Source: an uncultured Burkholderiales bacterium | GTDB lineage: Bacteria > Pseudomonadota > Gammaproteobacteria > Burkholderiales > Burkholderiaceae_A | DNA length: 64,000 nt | Direction: 5' to 3' | NCBI GenBank assembly: GCA_937864175.1 | Contig: CALMJH010000056.1 | Location: 20,880-84,879, forward strand | Shown here: positions 38,511 to 49,483 of the stretch, piece by piece | Numbering within the stretch: the stretch's first letter is position 1 | Layout of the letters: every line of letters starts with the position of its first letter | The notes under the pieces: model-generated | The model's input: only the letters and a program-made list of their open reading frames with translations | Databases searched by the model: none | Told to the model about the DNA's origin: nothing | Program-made: the position numbers and the translations under genes

Positions 38511-39144
38511 GCTCAAACCACTGGGGCTGCCACTGGCCAGCACGCCACTGCGACAGCCAGAAGGCCGCTGTCATGGTCTTGGCATCGGTGACTTGTCCCG
38601 CGTGAACAGCCTTAAAGAAATCGTCCTGCGAAAGCCGAACCAGATCCAGACACTCGCCCGCCTCTAGGGCTGCAACACCCTGCTGAAGGCCCCGGGCCAG
38701 AAAAAGGTGGATGACCTCGGTGGAGTACGAGATGACTGGATGCATCTGACCCGCCCTCGCCCACTGGTCCGCCACATAGCCTGTCTCTTCAGCCAACTCC
38801 CGAATGGCGCTGGCCAGGGGATCTTCTCCCGCATCCAGCTTGCCTGCGGGGAACTCAAGAAAGCTGCGGTTCAGGGGGTAGCGCCACTGACGCTCCAGGA
38901 GCAGATCACCATTGTCAAAGACTGGAACAATGGCCGAGGCTCCCGGGTGCAGTGTGTATTCGCGAACGCACTCGGTGCCGTCAGCGGCTCGAGCCAGGTC
39001 TCGCTGAATCTTGAGCAAGACCCCCTCAAAGACGGGGCCACCCTGCAGGCGCTGCTCTGCCAAATGGGGGGCCGACTCGTCACGACGCTGGATGGGTCTT
39101 GCATCCCCAGCCGCCGAGGGCTGCGCGGCCATCTTCTGGCTCAT
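38500..39144 (-). CDS. NUDIX hydrolase (ADP-ribose pyrophosphatase type)
   Basis: HPGASAIVP, LEFPAGKLDAGEDPLASAIRELAEETGY Nudix box, TDAKT. Confidence 0.92.
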   Translation of the reverse strand: MSQKMAAQPSAAGDARPIQRRDESAPHLAEQRLQGGPVFEGVLLKIQRDLARAADGTECVREYTLHPGASAIVPVFDNGDLLLERQWRYPLNRSFLEFPAGKLDAGEDPLASAIRELAEETGYVADQWARAGQMHPVISYSTEVIHLFLARGLQQGVAALEAGECLDLVRLSQDDFFKAVHAGQVTDAKTMTAAFWLSQWRAGQWQPQWFEHGH

Positions 39145-39446
39145 GAGACCCTGCGACGAAGGTAGCGCCAGACAAAACCTGGGTAGGCCATCACCAGAAA
39201 CAGCAAGGCCACAATGGCGTAGAAGTTCCAGGTCTGGGAGGCCACCGCACCCATGTTGGTCTCTAGGCCAATGCCCACCAGGATCACCAGTCCATAGCCC
39301 ACCAACAATTCCAGCAGACGAAAGCCAAAAGACTTCTCCCCTGCGGCCGGCTTTCGGACTAGAAACTGACGCTCAGTGAAAAACGGCCAGTTGGCCAGGG
39401 CGAACCCGATGACCAGCCAGACCATGGCTGAGGCCCAGACGCTCAC
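39141..39446 (-). CDS. DUF2818-like membrane protein
   Basis: LANWPFFTER, KSFGFRLLELLVGY, QTWNFYAI, AYPGFVWRYL; conserved position after nuoN; GTG start at 39446. Confidence 0.8.
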   Translation of the reverse strand: MSVWASAMVWLVIGFALANWPFFTERQFLVRKPAAGEKSFGFRLLELLVGYGLVILVGIGLETNMGAVASQTWNFYAIVALLFLVMAYPGFVWRYLRRRVS

Positions 39447-39450
39447 GAGA

Positions 39451-40932
39451 TCAAGCCCCCAAAGAGGTGCGAACTGCCACCACACACCAGGCCATCAAGG
39501 GTCCTGGCATGAGTCCCAACAGCAAGACGGCTAGACCGTTGGCCGAGAGGATGGAGTTCTGAATAGGACACTGCATCTGAGCCGGAGCCCGGACGACTGG
39601 GTCATCAAAGAACATAACCTTCACAATGCGAAGGTAGTAAAACGCCCCCACCAGGGAGGTCAGGACGGCAAAGACGGCAAGGCCCACGTAGCCGGCCGCG
39701 ACGGCAGACTCCAGGACCGCAAGTTTCGCGTAGAAACCAACGGTTGGCGGAATGCCAGCCAAAGAGAAGACCAGTGCCAACATGACCCAGGCTAGCAGTG
39801 GTCGGGTCTTGGCCAGTCCTTTGAAGTCCTCCAGCGTGTCGAACTCGTATCCACGGCTTGAGGCCAGCAGCATGACGCCAAAGCTACCCAGGGTGGTGAT
39901 GACATAAGTCAGGACGTAAAACATGCTGGCCGCAAATGCATTGACGGCCCCGTCGGACTTGTCTCCCAGGACGCCCGAGGCGATGGCCAGCAGCATAAAG
40001 CCCATGTGGGCAATGGTGGAGTAGGCCAAGATGCGTTTGAGGTTGGTCTGCATGATGGCCACCAGGTTGCCCACCAGCAGAGACAAGACACAGAGCACCA
40101 ACAACATCTGCTGCCAGTCCACCGCAACGCCCACAAGGCCCGAGACCAGCAGCCGAATCACAATGGCGTAGGCGGCCAATTTCGGCGCAGCACCGATGAG
40201 CAAAGCCGTCGCGGTGGGCGCGCCCTGATAGACATCGGGGACCCACATGTGAAACGGGACCACGCCAAGCTTGAAGGCAAGGCCTGCCACCAAAAAGACC
40301 GTGCCGAAGACCATGACCAGTCGGTCTGCGTTGCCCGCCGCCAGCTTGTCTTGAATAACCGTGATCTCAAGGCTGCCCGTTGCGCCATAGATCATGCTCA
40401 TGCCGTAGAGCAGAAAACCTGAAGCCAGCGCACCTAGAACAAAATATTTCATGGCGGCTTCAGTCGATACCGGGCTGTCGCGCCGCAGGGCCACTGCAGC
40501 ATAGAGGGCAAGGGTCAGAAGCTCTACCCCAAGGTAGACCGTCAGCAGGTGATTGGCCGAGATCATCACAAACCCGCCCAACAACGAAAACAGTGCAAAC
40601 AGGTGGTACGCGCCAAAGCCCATGTTCTGATCGGCCAGGGTTCGGCGGGCATAGACCAGGGTAATGGCCGTCGCGAAGGCGGCCCCCGCCTTGAGCAAGG
40701 CTCCCATTGGGTCTGTCACCACCAAGCCGTTCATGCCAACGGTGGGTCCCAGCGTCATGGCATCGAGCAACTGCCAGAGGCCAATGAAGATCAGGCCAGC
40801 CAGGCTGCCCATGTGGACCAGGACCTCGGCCCGCTGCTTGAGAAAGGCATCGACCAGCATAACCACTGACAGAAGGCCCAGAAGAGCGATCTCGGGCGCA
40901 ATGGTAAAGAGTTTGAGTTGTTCGAGAGTCAT
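39451..40932 (-). CDS. nuoN: NADH-quinone oxidoreductase subunit N
   Basis: EAAMKYFVLGALASG, FKLGVVPFHMWVPDVYQGAP, KRILAYSTIAH, AGIPPTVGFYAK. Confidence 0.97.
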   Translation of the reverse strand: MTLEQLKLFTIAPEIALLGLLSVVMLVDAFLKQRAEVLVHMGSLAGLIFIGLWQLLDAMTLGPTVGMNGLVVTDPMGALLKAGAAFATAITLVYARRTLADQNMGFGAYHLFALFSLLGGFVMISANHLLTVYLGVELLTLALYAAVALRRDSPVSTEAAMKYFVLGALASGFLLYGMSMIYGATGSLEITVIQDKLAAGNADRLVMVFGTVFLVAGLAFKLGVVPFHMWVPDVYQGAPTATALLIGAAPKLAAYAIVIRLLVSGLVGVAVDWQQMLLVLCVLSLLVGNLVAIMQTNLKRILAYSTIAHMGFMLLAIASGVLGDKSDGAVNAFAASMFYVLTYVITTLGSFGVMLLASSRGYEFDTLEDFKGLAKTRPLLAWVMLALVFSLAGIPPTVGFYAKLAVLESAVAAGYVGLAVFAVLTSLVGAFYYLRIVKVMFFDDPVVRAPAQMQCPIQNSILSANGLAVLLLGLMPGPLMAWCVVAVRTSLGA

Positions 40933-40940
40933 GGTGGGCA

Positions 40941-42464
40941 CTAGGGTTTGGGCAGCTTGGAGACCGACAGGTGCTGCAGCAGTCCGTCGACCGAGGTGGT
41001 CATGTAGTCGGTAAAGGCAGCCGGATGGATGCCCATGTAAAGAACCCAGAGGGCCAAGCCCATGAGCATGGCGAACTCTCGCGGAGTGACGTCTTGCAGG
41101 GCCGCGACATGGTCATTGGCAACCTCACCAAAGATCACCCGCTTGACCATCCAGAGCGTGTAGGCGGCTCCGAAAATAAGGGTCGTGGCCGCAAGCAGGC
41201 CAATCCAGAAATTAAATTTGACTGCCCCCAGGATGACCATGAACTCGCCCACAAAGCCGCTGGTGGCCGGCAGACCCGCGTTGGCCATGGCAAAAAAGAC
41301 AAAGAGGGCCGCAAACTTTGGCATACGGTTGATCACCCCGCCATAGTCGGAGATCTCTCGGCTGTGCATCCGGTCATAGAGGACCCCAATGCAGAGGAAC
41401 ATGGCGCCGGAGACAAAGCCGTGGGAGACCATCTGGACAATGCCACCCTGCACGCCCAGGCTCGAGAAGATGAAAAAGCCCAGCGTCACAAAGCCCATGT
41501 GTGCAATGGACGAATAGGCCACCAGCTTTTTCATGTCCTGCTGAACCAGCGCCACCAGTCCAATGTAGACAACAGCTACCAGTGACAGCGTAATCATGAG
41601 CCAGGCGAGTTCGGCCGAGGCATCGGGCGCAATGGGCATGGAAAAGCGCAGAAACCCATAGGCACCAAGCTTGAGCATAATGGCCGCCAGCACTACAGAG
41701 CCTCCTGTCGGGGCCTCGACGTGTGCATCCGGCAGCCAGGTGTGAACAGGCCACATTGGAACCTTGACCGCAAAAGCCATGAGGAAGGCTAGGAAAATCA
41801 GAATCTGCGGCTCCATGGCAAGCGGCAGCTTGTGCCAGGCCAGGATGTCGAAAGTCCCGCTCTGGCTGTAGAGGTAGACGAGGGCCACCAGGGTTAGCAA
41901 AGACCCCATGAGCGTGTACAGGAAGAACTTAAACGCCGCATAGACCCGACGTGGGCCGCCCCAGATGCCGATGACGATGTACATCGGGATGAGCGTGGCC
42001 TCGAAAAAAACATAAAAGAGCAGACCGTCCAGTGCGCAGAAGACTCCGATCATCAGGCCAGAGAGCACCAAGAAGGCCCCCATATAGACCGCAGGCCGGT
42101 CCTCAATCACCTCCCAGCCCGCGACCACCACAAAGACCGTGATGAGCGCAGTCAGGGGCACGAACCAGATGGAGATGCCATCGACGCCCAGGAAGTAATG
42201 AACAGAGAACCGATCGATCCAGGCAAACTTTTCAACAAACTGAAATCCAGCATGGCTGGCATTGAAGTCCACGATGAGCGCGACCGTGGGCAGCAGCGAG
42301 AGCACCGCAGCGACCAGCGCCAATGGGCGTACCAGGGACCCCGAGCCCGCCGAGCCGCCAGCGGCGGCCTGACGGCCGAAGACCAACAGAGCCAGACCGC
42401 AGAGGATAGGCGTCCAAATGGAGAGCGACAGCCAGGGGACAGAAGACGAGATAAAGCTGGTCAT
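40941..42464 (-). CDS. nuoM: NADH-quinone oxidoreductase subunit M
   Basis: FFEATLIPM, KVPMWPVHTWLPDAHVEAP, LKLGAYG, KKLVAYSSIAH, SHGFVSG. Confidence 0.97.
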   Translation of the reverse strand: MTSFISSSVPWLSLSIWTPILCGLALLVFGRQAAAGGSAGSGSLVRPLALVAAVLSLLPTVALIVDFNASHAGFQFVEKFAWIDRFSVHYFLGVDGISIWFVPLTALITVFVVVAGWEVIEDRPAVYMGAFLVLSGLMIGVFCALDGLLFYVFFEATLIPMYIVIGIWGGPRRVYAAFKFFLYTLMGSLLTLVALVYLYSQSGTFDILAWHKLPLAMEPQILIFLAFLMAFAVKVPMWPVHTWLPDAHVEAPTGGSVVLAAIMLKLGAYGFLRFSMPIAPDASAELAWLMITLSLVAVVYIGLVALVQQDMKKLVAYSSIAHMGFVTLGFFIFSSLGVQGGIVQMVSHGFVSGAMFLCIGVLYDRMHSREISDYGGVINRMPKFAALFVFFAMANAGLPATSGFVGEFMVILGAVKFNFWIGLLAATTLIFGAAYTLWMVKRVIFGEVANDHVAALQDVTPREFAMLMGLALWVLYMGIHPAAFTDYMTTSVDGLLQHLSVSKLPKP

Positions 42465-42471
42465 GTGAGGC

Positions 42472-44508
42472 CTATTTGGTCAGCGGCAGGGTGGCGTGCA
42501 TGAGCGGTGCAAACCACCAGAGCAAAAGAGCGACGCCCAGAATCATGGCAATGGCGTAGTGGTACAGGTAGCCGGTCTGACCCAGACGAAGGACGGCGGC
42601 CACTGCGGCCACCACCCGTGCGGATCCATTGACCAGCAGGCCATCGATGACCCCCTGATCAGCCCGCTGCCAGAGACCGGCACCGATCTGGCGGGCCCCG
42701 CCGGCAAAGAAGACCTCGTTGAAGCGGTCGAGGTAGTACTTCTGGTCCAGCAGACGGTGCAGGCCCGCGAAGGACGAACTGATTCTGGCCGGAATGCCCG
42801 GCGAGACCAGGTAGAACCAGTAGGCCGTGGCAACACCCGCCAGAGCGAGCCAGAAGGCGGGCGTGGCAAAGGCATGAAGGGCCAGCGCCAAGGACCCATG
42901 GAAGAGCTGGGCCAGCTGCGCCATGGCGGGATGCTTGACGGCATCCACAAAGATGACGCCTTTGAAGAAATCACCAAAGAGCGCTGGCTGAATCATGATC
43001 GCCCCGAGCACCACCGAGGGGATGGCCAGCAAGACCAGAGGCACTGTCACAACGGCCGGCGACTCGTGGGGCTCGTGAGACCCCGCGTGGCCATGGCCGT
43101 GGTCATCCCCATGGTCCCCATGGTGGGCATGGTCGCCGTGATCCGCCTGGTGCCAGCGAGGCTCGCCATGAAAGACCATAAAAAAGAGCCTAAAGCTGTA
43201 GAAGGCGGTCACAAAGACACCGGCCAGCAGCATGAGATGGATGAGTGGCGCAATGCTGAGCTGAGAAAAATGCACCGCCTCGATGATCATGTCCTTGGAA
43301 TAAAAGCCCGAGAAGAGCGGCGCACCGATGAGCGCCAGAGAGCCCAGAAGGCTGACCGCATAGGTGATGGGCATCTTGCGCCAGAGGCCACCCATGCGTC
43401 GCATGTCCTGCTCATGGTGCATGCCAATGATGACCGAGCCCGCAGCCAAGAAGAGCAGCGCCTTGAAAAAGGCATGCGTGACCAGGTGAAAGACCGCAAC
43501 GCTGTACGCCGAGGCCCCCAGGGCAACGGTCATGTAGCCCAGCTGCGAGAGCGTGGAATAGGCCACCACCCGCTTGATGTCGTTTTGGACAATGCCCAGA
43601 AAGCCCATGAACAAGGCCGTGATGCCGCCGATGGCCATGACAAAGGTCAGGGCTGCATCGGAGAGCTCAAAGAGCGGCGACATGCGAGCCACCATGAAGA
43701 TACCGGCTGTGACCATGGTGGCTGCGTGGATCAGAGCCGAGATGGGGGTGGGACCCTCCATGGAATCTGGCAGCCAGACGTGCAGCGGAAACTGGGCCGA
43801 CTTGCCCATGGCCCCAATGAACAGGCAGATACAGGCCACGGCCAGGAACTCAACGGGCTGGCCTGGTATGAGCTCTAGCTGCTGGCTGGCTAGGCCAGCG
43901 GACTGCGAGAAGACCTGCGCATAGTCAAGACTGCCGGTGCTGGCCAGCAACAGGCCAATGCCCAGAATGAAGCCAAAGTCGCCAACGCGGTTGACCAAAA
44001 AGGCCTTGAGGTTGGCGTAGATGGCAGTGGGCCGCTTGTACCAAAAGCCGATGAGCAGGTAGGAGACTAGGCCAACAGCCTCCCAGCCAAAAAAGAGCTG
44101 CAGGAAATTGTTGCTCATGACCAGCATGAGCATGCTGAAGGTAAAGAGGGAGATGTAGGAGAAGAAGCGGCTGTAGCCGGGGTCTTCTTTCATGTAACCA
44201 ATGGTGTAGATGTGGACCATCAGCGAGACAAAGGTGACCACCACCATCATGGTTGCGGTCAGGCTGTCGATGAGAAAGCCCACCTCCATCTTGATGCCAC
44301 CAATCGTGGCCCAGGTGTAGACCGACCCATTAAAGACATTGCCGCCCAGGACATCGACCAGAACCACAACAGAGGCCAGCAACGAGACCGCGACGCCGGC
44401 GATGGTGATGCGGTGGGAGTTGGCGCGGCCAATGGTCTGACCGAAAAAGCCCGCAGCAATCGCCCCCACCAGCGGGGCCAAGGCGGCCAGAAGAGTGACA
44501 GACTGCAT
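42472..44508 (-). CDS. nuoL: NADH-quinone oxidoreductase subunit L
   Basis: FFGWEAVG, GKSAQFPLHVWLPDSMEGPTPISALIHAATMV, DIKRVVAYSTLSQLG, HAFFKALLF. Confidence 0.97.
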   Translation of the reverse strand: MQSVTLLAALAPLVGAIAAGFFGQTIGRANSHRITIAGVAVSLLASVVVLVDVLGGNVFNGSVYTWATIGGIKMEVGFLIDSLTATMMVVVTFVSLMVHIYTIGYMKEDPGYSRFFSYISLFTFSMLMLVMSNNFLQLFFGWEAVGLVSYLLIGFWYKRPTAIYANLKAFLVNRVGDFGFILGIGLLLASTGSLDYAQVFSQSAGLASQQLELIPGQPVEFLAVACICLFIGAMGKSAQFPLHVWLPDSMEGPTPISALIHAATMVTAGIFMVARMSPLFELSDAALTFVMAIGGITALFMGFLGIVQNDIKRVVAYSTLSQLGYMTVALGASAYSVAVFHLVTHAFFKALLFLAAGSVIIGMHHEQDMRRMGGLWRKMPITYAVSLLGSLALIGAPLFSGFYSKDMIIEAVHFSQLSIAPLIHLMLLAGVFVTAFYSFRLFFMVFHGEPRWHQADHGDHAHHGDHGDDHGHGHAGSHEPHESPAVVTVPLVLLAIPSVVLGAIMIQPALFGDFFKGVIFVDAVKHPAMAQLAQLFHGSLALALHAFATPAFWLALAGVATAYWFYLVSPGIPARISSSFAGLHRLLDQKYYLDRFNEVFFAGGARQIGAGLWQRADQGVIDGLLVNGSARVVAAVAAVLRLGQTGYLYHYAIAMILGVALLLWWFAPLMHATLPLTK

Positions 44509-44511
44509 GCC

Positions 44512-44817
44512 CTAGCCTTTCAGCTCGTCGAGGCGTTCGACCTCAACTGTACGAAGGTTTCTAAAGAGGATGACCAGAATCGCCAGGCCAATGGCCGACT
44601 CCGCGGCCGCCACGGTCAGAATGAAAAAGACAAAGACCTGGCCGTCGAGGTTGCCCAGGTAATGCGAGAAGGCCACGAAGTTCAGGTTGACCGCCAGCAG
44701 CATGAGTTCAATGGCCATGAGCAGGACGATCAGGTTGCGCCGGTTCATGAAGATGCCCACGATGCTGGTGGCGAAAAGAATGGCGCCCAGCACCAGATAG
44801 TGAGACAGGCTAATCAT
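44512..44817 (-). CDS. nuoK: NADH-quinone oxidoreductase subunit K
   Basis: [29 protein letters not shown]. Confidence 0.97.
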   Translation of the reverse strand: MISLSHYLVLGAILFATSIVGIFMNRRNLIVLLMAIELMLLAVNLNFVAFSHYLGNLDGQVFVFFILTVAAAESAIGLAILVILFRNLRTVEVERLDELKG

Positions 44818-45413
44818 GCGCCCTCTCCTTTCTTGGGAAAGCGAACCATCTTGAGGCGGTCCTTGGCCTGGACCCGCACCTGCTGGCCCGGATCCTGGTG
44901 TTTAGCGTCCTTGCGGTGGCGCAGTGTCAGGGCAATGGCGGCAACCATGGCCAACAGCAAAATGACCGCAGCCACCTGGAAGGCAAAGAAGTAGTCGGTG
45001 TACAAGACCTGGCCCAAGGCCTTCGTGTTGCTAATCGGCTTGGCCAGCGGGACGGCCGTCTCGGGAACCTGAAAGCTGCGCAACAAGATGGCAGTCATCT
45101 CAAACACAATGAGTCCACCCACCGGCAGGGCCACCTTGGCGTTCTGCCAAAAACCCTTGCGAAGCTTGTCTAGGTCGAGGTCAACCATCATGACCACAAA
45201 GAGAAACAGCACCATGACCGCCCCAACGTAGACCAAGACCAGGGTGATGGCCAGGAACTCAGCCTTGAGCAGCAACCAGACCGCCGCTGCGGTGAAAAAA
45301 CTGAGCACCAGGTAGAGGGCTGCATGAACTGGATGTCGAGCCGTGATAACCCGCAGGGCCGCAAAGACCAAGATGGCCGAGAAGATGTAAAAAAGTGTGA
45401 GGGTCTCGGTCAT
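44814..45413 (-). CDS. nuoJ: NADH-quinone oxidoreductase subunit J
   Basis: [29 protein letters not shown]. Confidence 0.96.
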   Translation of the reverse strand: MTETLTLFYIFSAILVFAALRVITARHPVHAALYLVLSFFTAAAVWLLLKAEFLAITLVLVYVGAVMVLFLFVVMMVDLDLDKLRKGFWQNAKVALPVGGLIVFEMTAILLRSFQVPETAVPLAKPISNTKALGQVLYTDYFFAFQVAAVILLLAMVAAIALTLRHRKDAKHQDPGQQVRVQAKDRLKMVRFPKKGEGA

Positions 45414-45416
45414 GGC

Positions 45417-45905
45417 TTATCGGTACTTGGCATCGGACTCGCGGGCCCTTGCAATGTCTTGTTCGTATCGGTCGCCCACTGCCAGCAGCATGTCCTTGGT
45501 GAAGTAGAGGTCGCCGCGCTTCTCGCCGTGGTACTCGTGGATATTGGTTTCAACAATGGAATCTACGGGGCAGCTCTCTTCGCAGAAACCACAGAAAATG
45601 CACTTGGTCAGGTCGATGTCATACCGAGTGGTTCGCCGCGTGCCGTCGGGACGCTCGGCCGACTCGATGGTAATGGCCTTGGCGGGGCAGACTGCCTCAC
45701 AGAGCTTGCAGGCGATGCAACGCTCTTCGCCGTTGGGGTAGCGACGCAGGGCATGAAGCCCGCGGAAGCGTGGTGAAGCCGGCGTTTTCTCTTCGGGATA
45801 CTGGATGGTGATCTTGCGCGCAAAGAGGTTGCGCAGGGTCACGCCCAGGCCCTGCAGCATCTCGAGCAGCAAGAACGACTTCAGGAACTGGGTGATGGGG
45901 GACAT
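45417..45905 (-). CDS. nuoI: NADH-quinone oxidoreductase subunit I
   Basis: [12 protein letters not shown] and [12 protein letters not shown] [4Fe-4S] motifs. Confidence 0.98.
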   Translation of the reverse strand: MSPITQFLKSFLLLEMLQGLGVTLRNLFARKITIQYPEEKTPASPRFRGLHALRRYPNGEERCIACKLCEAVCPAKAITIESAERPDGTRRTTRYDIDLTKCIFCGFCEESCPVDSIVETNIHEYHGEKRGDLYFTKDMLLAVGDRYEQDIARARESDAKYR

Positions 45906-45938
45906 GAAAAGGGGATCCTGTGGGCTAAGGGGGAAGGT

Positions 45939-47006
45939 TTAGTGCCAGATGTTCCAGGGCGTCTGCATCCAAAGACCAACGACGACCAGCCAGACCAGGG
46001 TGACCGGAATGAAGATCTTCCAGCCCAGCCGCATGATCTGGTCGTAGCGGTAGCGGGGGAAAGACGCCCGCATCCAGATGAACATGCTCACGACCAAGAA
46101 GGTCTTCAGGCCAAGCCAGATCCAGCCGGGGATGAAGTCCAGACCCGCGACCGGCGCACTCCAGCCACCCAAGAACATGATGGAGGCCAGCGCCGACAGC
46201 AAAATCATGTTGGCGTATTCGGCCAAGAAGAAGATGGCAAAGGACATGCCGGAGTACTCCACCATATGGCCGGCCACGATCTCGCTCTCGCCCTCGACCA
46301 CGTCAAAGGGGTGACGGTTGGTCTCGGCCACGCTGGAGACGAAATAGACCACGAAGACGGGCAGCAGAGGCAGCCAGTTCCAGGACAGAAAATTCAGACC
46401 CAGATCGGCAAACTGCCCCTTCTCCTGGGCCTGCACGATGTCCGTCAGGTTCAGGCTGCCACTGACCATGAGCACCACCACCAGGGCAAAGCCAATGGCC
46501 AACTCGTAGGAGACCATCTGGGCCGAGGCCCGCATGGCGGCCAAGAAGGCGTATTTCGAGTTGGAGGCCCAGCCGGCCAAGATGACGCCGTAGACCTCCA
46601 GTGAAGTAATGGCCAGCAAGAACAAGAGTCCGGCATTGATATCGGCCAGAACGGTCTCGGGCCCGAAAGGCATAACCGACCAGGCCGCCAGGGCCGGCAT
46701 GATGGTCATGACCGGGGCCAGCAGATAAAGACCCTTGTTGGCGGCGCTGGGCAGGATGATTTCTTTGGTGAGCAGCTTGAGAGCGTCTGCAATGGGCTGC
46801 AAAAGGCCCAGAGGGCCCACACGGTTGGGTCCGATGCGAACGTGCATCCACCCAATGAGCTTGCGCTCCCAGAGTGTCAGGTAGGCCACGGCCCCCAAGA
46901 GCGGCAGCACCACCGCCAGAATCTTCATAAGGGTCCAAGCCACTGGCCAGGCCCCACCCAAGAGGTCGGCGCCGTAGGTCTGGAGTTGGAGAAGGAGATC
47001 GGTCAT
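45939..47006 (-). CDS. nuoH: NADH-quinone oxidoreductase subunit H
   Basis: [41 protein letters not shown]. Confidence 0.98.
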   Translation of the reverse strand: MTDLLLQLQTYGADLLGGAWPVAWTLMKILAVVLPLLGAVAYLTLWERKLIGWMHVRIGPNRVGPLGLLQPIADALKLLTKEIILPSAANKGLYLLAPVMTIMPALAAWSVMPFGPETVLADINAGLLFLLAITSLEVYGVILAGWASNSKYAFLAAMRASAQMVSYELAIGFALVVVLMVSGSLNLTDIVQAQEKGQFADLGLNFLSWNWLPLLPVFVVYFVSSVAETNRHPFDVVEGESEIVAGHMVEYSGMSFAIFFLAEYANMILLSALASIMFLGGWSAPVAGLDFIPGWIWLGLKTFLVVSMFIWMRASFPRYRYDQIMRLGWKIFIPVTLVWLVVVGLWMQTPWNIWH

Positions 47007-47019
47007 GGGATGAGGGGAT

Positions 47020-47064
47020 CTTCTGGGCGGTGGGCTTCTGGCGGGTGAACTTCTAGGCGGCTGC
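47020..47064. repeat. Three imperfect 15-bp tandem repeats across the nuoG stop and nuoG-nuoH spacer
   Basis: CTTCTGGGCGGTGGG / CTTCTGGCGGGTGAA / CTTCTAGGCGGCTGC starting at 47020, 47035, 47050. Confidence 0.55.
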
Positions 47065-49473
47065 CTGCTGGGTGACCACGGAGACCTGCAACTCGCCCCA
47101 ACGCTGGTTGAGCTGGGCCGAGGCCGTATAGCCGGTGGTCAGGCTTAGAACCCCTGGCGCAAGGCGGGCATCCACCGCAGCCTCGAGCAGGAGTTCTTGT
47201 CGGTTTTGCTTCAGACGAACCATCATGCCGGGTGCCCCGCCGATGGCCGTGAGGTCGGCCGGATGAAAGACCGCCTTGGGGCTTGCCGACTGCCGCGTCT
47301 GCTGCAGGGAGGGTGCACGGCGAACCAACACGTCTGAGAGGTAGATGCCTGGCAGGCCCAGCCGCTCAAAGCTGCCGGCCGCGGAGTTGGGCGTGGCCGA
47401 TGCGTCCGCCTTGGCCTGGTCTGCGGCAGCACCCAGACTAAAGCGCACGGATAGTCCGGGCAGACGCTCGCCTGGGGTCGCACCCGGCAGCAGGCTGTCG
47501 CGGACTTCTTCGCTCGACTCGAAGTCAAAGTCTGGCAGGTTCAGAAGGTTGCCCAGCACACGCAGCACTTTCCAGCCGGGTCGTGTCTGACCCTGCGGCG
47601 AGACCGCTGCCTGAAACGACTGCAGTCGGCCAGCCAGATTCACCAGGCTGCCGGAGGTCTCGGTAAAGGGCGAGATGGGCAGCATGACGTTGGCCACCTC
47701 GCTCACGGCGGACTTGTAGGCGGTTAGGGCCACTACACCCATGCCCTTCTGGGCTCCCTTTAGGGCCGAGACCGCACGGGGGCCGTCAGCACAGTCGAGC
47801 GCAGGCTCAAGGTGCACCAGAAGGTAGGCCGCCGATGGGTCCTCGAACATGTCGTGGGCATTGGCGCCGCCGGATTTGGGCATTGCTTGGGCCAGATAAG
47901 CCCCCACCGCATTGCCACCAGCGGGCAGGACTCCAAATCGAATGCCCAGCAAGTCGGCCAGCGCCTGGGCCCGCGCAGCAAGCTCGGTGGCCATTGGATG
48001 GGCCATGAGGTCGGCGCCAACCAGGATGGCGGCCTTCATAGGTCCGTTGGGTGCATTGCGCAGAGACTGCACGAGTCGGACAACCTGGGGGTCTTTGGCC
48101 TGGGCCTGCGGACTGGCCACAAAACCAGAGGGCAAGGCACCAGCGCCCGCCTCGTGGGCTGCCAGCAGAAGGCTGTCGAGACGCGCCTGCCACTGGCTGG
48201 GTGCCGCGACCAGGCTGGTATGAACCGGCATGAGGAGGTCGTGGGCCGTAGCGTGGAGTTGGTGGACCTGGGCTCCACGCTTGGTGGCCTGCCGCAGGCG
48301 CTGGGCGACCAGGGGCTGCTCAGACCGAAGGCTGCTGCCCACCAGGAGCACACGCTCGAGGCTGGAGAGATCTTCTAGAGGCATGCCCAGGTTGGGCACA
48401 CCTGTGAGGTGTCGATCGAAGCCAGATTCGGTCAGGCCAGGGCGGGCATCGACAGAGTCGCTGCCCAGACCACGCGTGAGACGTGCCGCAAGACCGAGTT
48501 CTTCCAGAGTGGCCATGGGCGACGCCAGAGTGCGAATTTTGTTGGCCCCACGGCTTGCGGCCAGCCGCAGCAGGTCGGCTGCCTTGGCCAGGGCACTCTG
48601 CCAGCTCACCTCCACCCACTGTCCCTGCTCATTGCGAATCATGGGTACCGTCAGGCGGTCATCGCTGTTGAGGGCCTCGTAGGAGAATCGGTCGCGGTCG
48701 GAGATCCAGCACTCGTTGACCTGCTCGTTCTCGTAGGGCACTACCCGCTTGACCACACCGGCTTTGCTCTGGACGACCAGGTTGGCGCCCAGGCTGTCGT
48801 GTGGGCTGACCGAGCGGCGACGGGCCAGCTCCCAGGTCCGGGCTGAATAACGGAAGGGCTTGCTGGTGAGCGCCCCAACCGGGCAGATATCGATCATGTT
48901 GCCCGAGAGTTCGCTTTCGACGGCATTGCCGACAAACGACATGATTTCGGAGTGCTCGCCCCGACCGTGCATGCCCAACTCCATCACGCCGGCGATCTCC
49001 TGACCAAACCGAACACAACGCGTGCAGTGAATACAGCGAGACATTTCCTCTGCCGAAATCAGCGGCCCCATGGACTTGTGAAAGACCACCCGCTTTTCTT
49101 CGACGTACTGGGAAGCCGAGGGACCGTAGCCCACGGCCAGGTCTTGGAGCTGACACTCACCACCCTGGTCGCAGATGGGACAGTCGAGCGGATGGTTAAT
49201 GAGCAAGAACTCCATCACGCTCTTCTGTGCGGCCTTGGCCTTGGGCGACTGAGTCATGACCTTCATGCCAGCCGCAACCGGGGTTGCACAGGCCGGCAGC
49301 GGCTTGGGAGCCTTCTCAACCTCGACCAGACACATGCGGCAGTTGGCCGCAATCGACAGCTTCTTGTGATAGCAGAAGTGTGGAACGTAGATGCCCAGTT
49401 GGTTGGCGGCGTCCATCACCATGCTGCCTGGCGCAACCTCTACCTTCTGACCATCGATTTCGAGTTCAATCAT
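47053..49473 (-). CDS. nuoG: NADH-quinone oxidoreductase subunit G
   Basis: [49 protein letters not shown]; start at ATG 49473. Confidence 0.97.
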   Translation of the reverse strand: MIELEIDGQKVEVAPGSMVMDAANQLGIYVPHFCYHKKLSIAANCRMCLVEVEKAPKPLPACATPVAAGMKVMTQSPKAKAAQKSVMEFLLINHPLDCPICDQGGECQLQDLAVGYGPSASQYVEEKRVVFHKSMGPLISAEEMSRCIHCTRCVRFGQEIAGVMELGMHGRGEHSEIMSFVGNAVESELSGNMIDICPVGALTSKPFRYSARTWELARRRSVSPHDSLGANLVVQSKAGVVKRVVPYENEQVNECWISDRDRFSYEALNSDDRLTVPMIRNEQGQWVEVSWQSALAKAADLLRLAASRGANKIRTLASPMATLEELGLAARLTRGLGSDSVDARPGLTESGFDRHLTGVPNLGMPLEDLSSLERVLLVGSSLRSEQPLVAQRLRQATKRGAQVHQLHATAHDLLMPVHTSLVAAPSQWQARLDSLLLAAHEAGAGALPSGFVASPQAQAKDPQVVRLVQSLRNAPNGPMKAAILVGADLMAHPMATELAARAQALADLLGIRFGVLPAGGNAVGAYLAQAMPKSGGANAHDMFEDPSAAYLLVHLEPALDCADGPRAVSALKGAQKGMGVVALTAYKSAVSEVANVMLPISPFTETSGSLVNLAGRLQSFQAAVSPQGQTRPGWKVLRVLGNLLNLPDFDFESSEEVRDSLLPGATPGERLPGLSVRFSLGAAADQAKADASATPNSAAGSFERLGLPGIYLSDVLVRRAPSLQQTRQSASPKAVFHPADLTAIGGAPGMMVRLKQNRQELLLEAAVDARLAPGVLSLTTGYTASAQLNQRWGELQVSVVTQQAAA

Positions 49474-49483
49474 GCTGGTCGTC

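Noticed and set aside
43085-43160. His-rich loop in NuoL (HQADHGDHAHHGDHGDDHGHGH)
   Set aside because: His-rich insertions at this position are common in proteobacterial NuoL.
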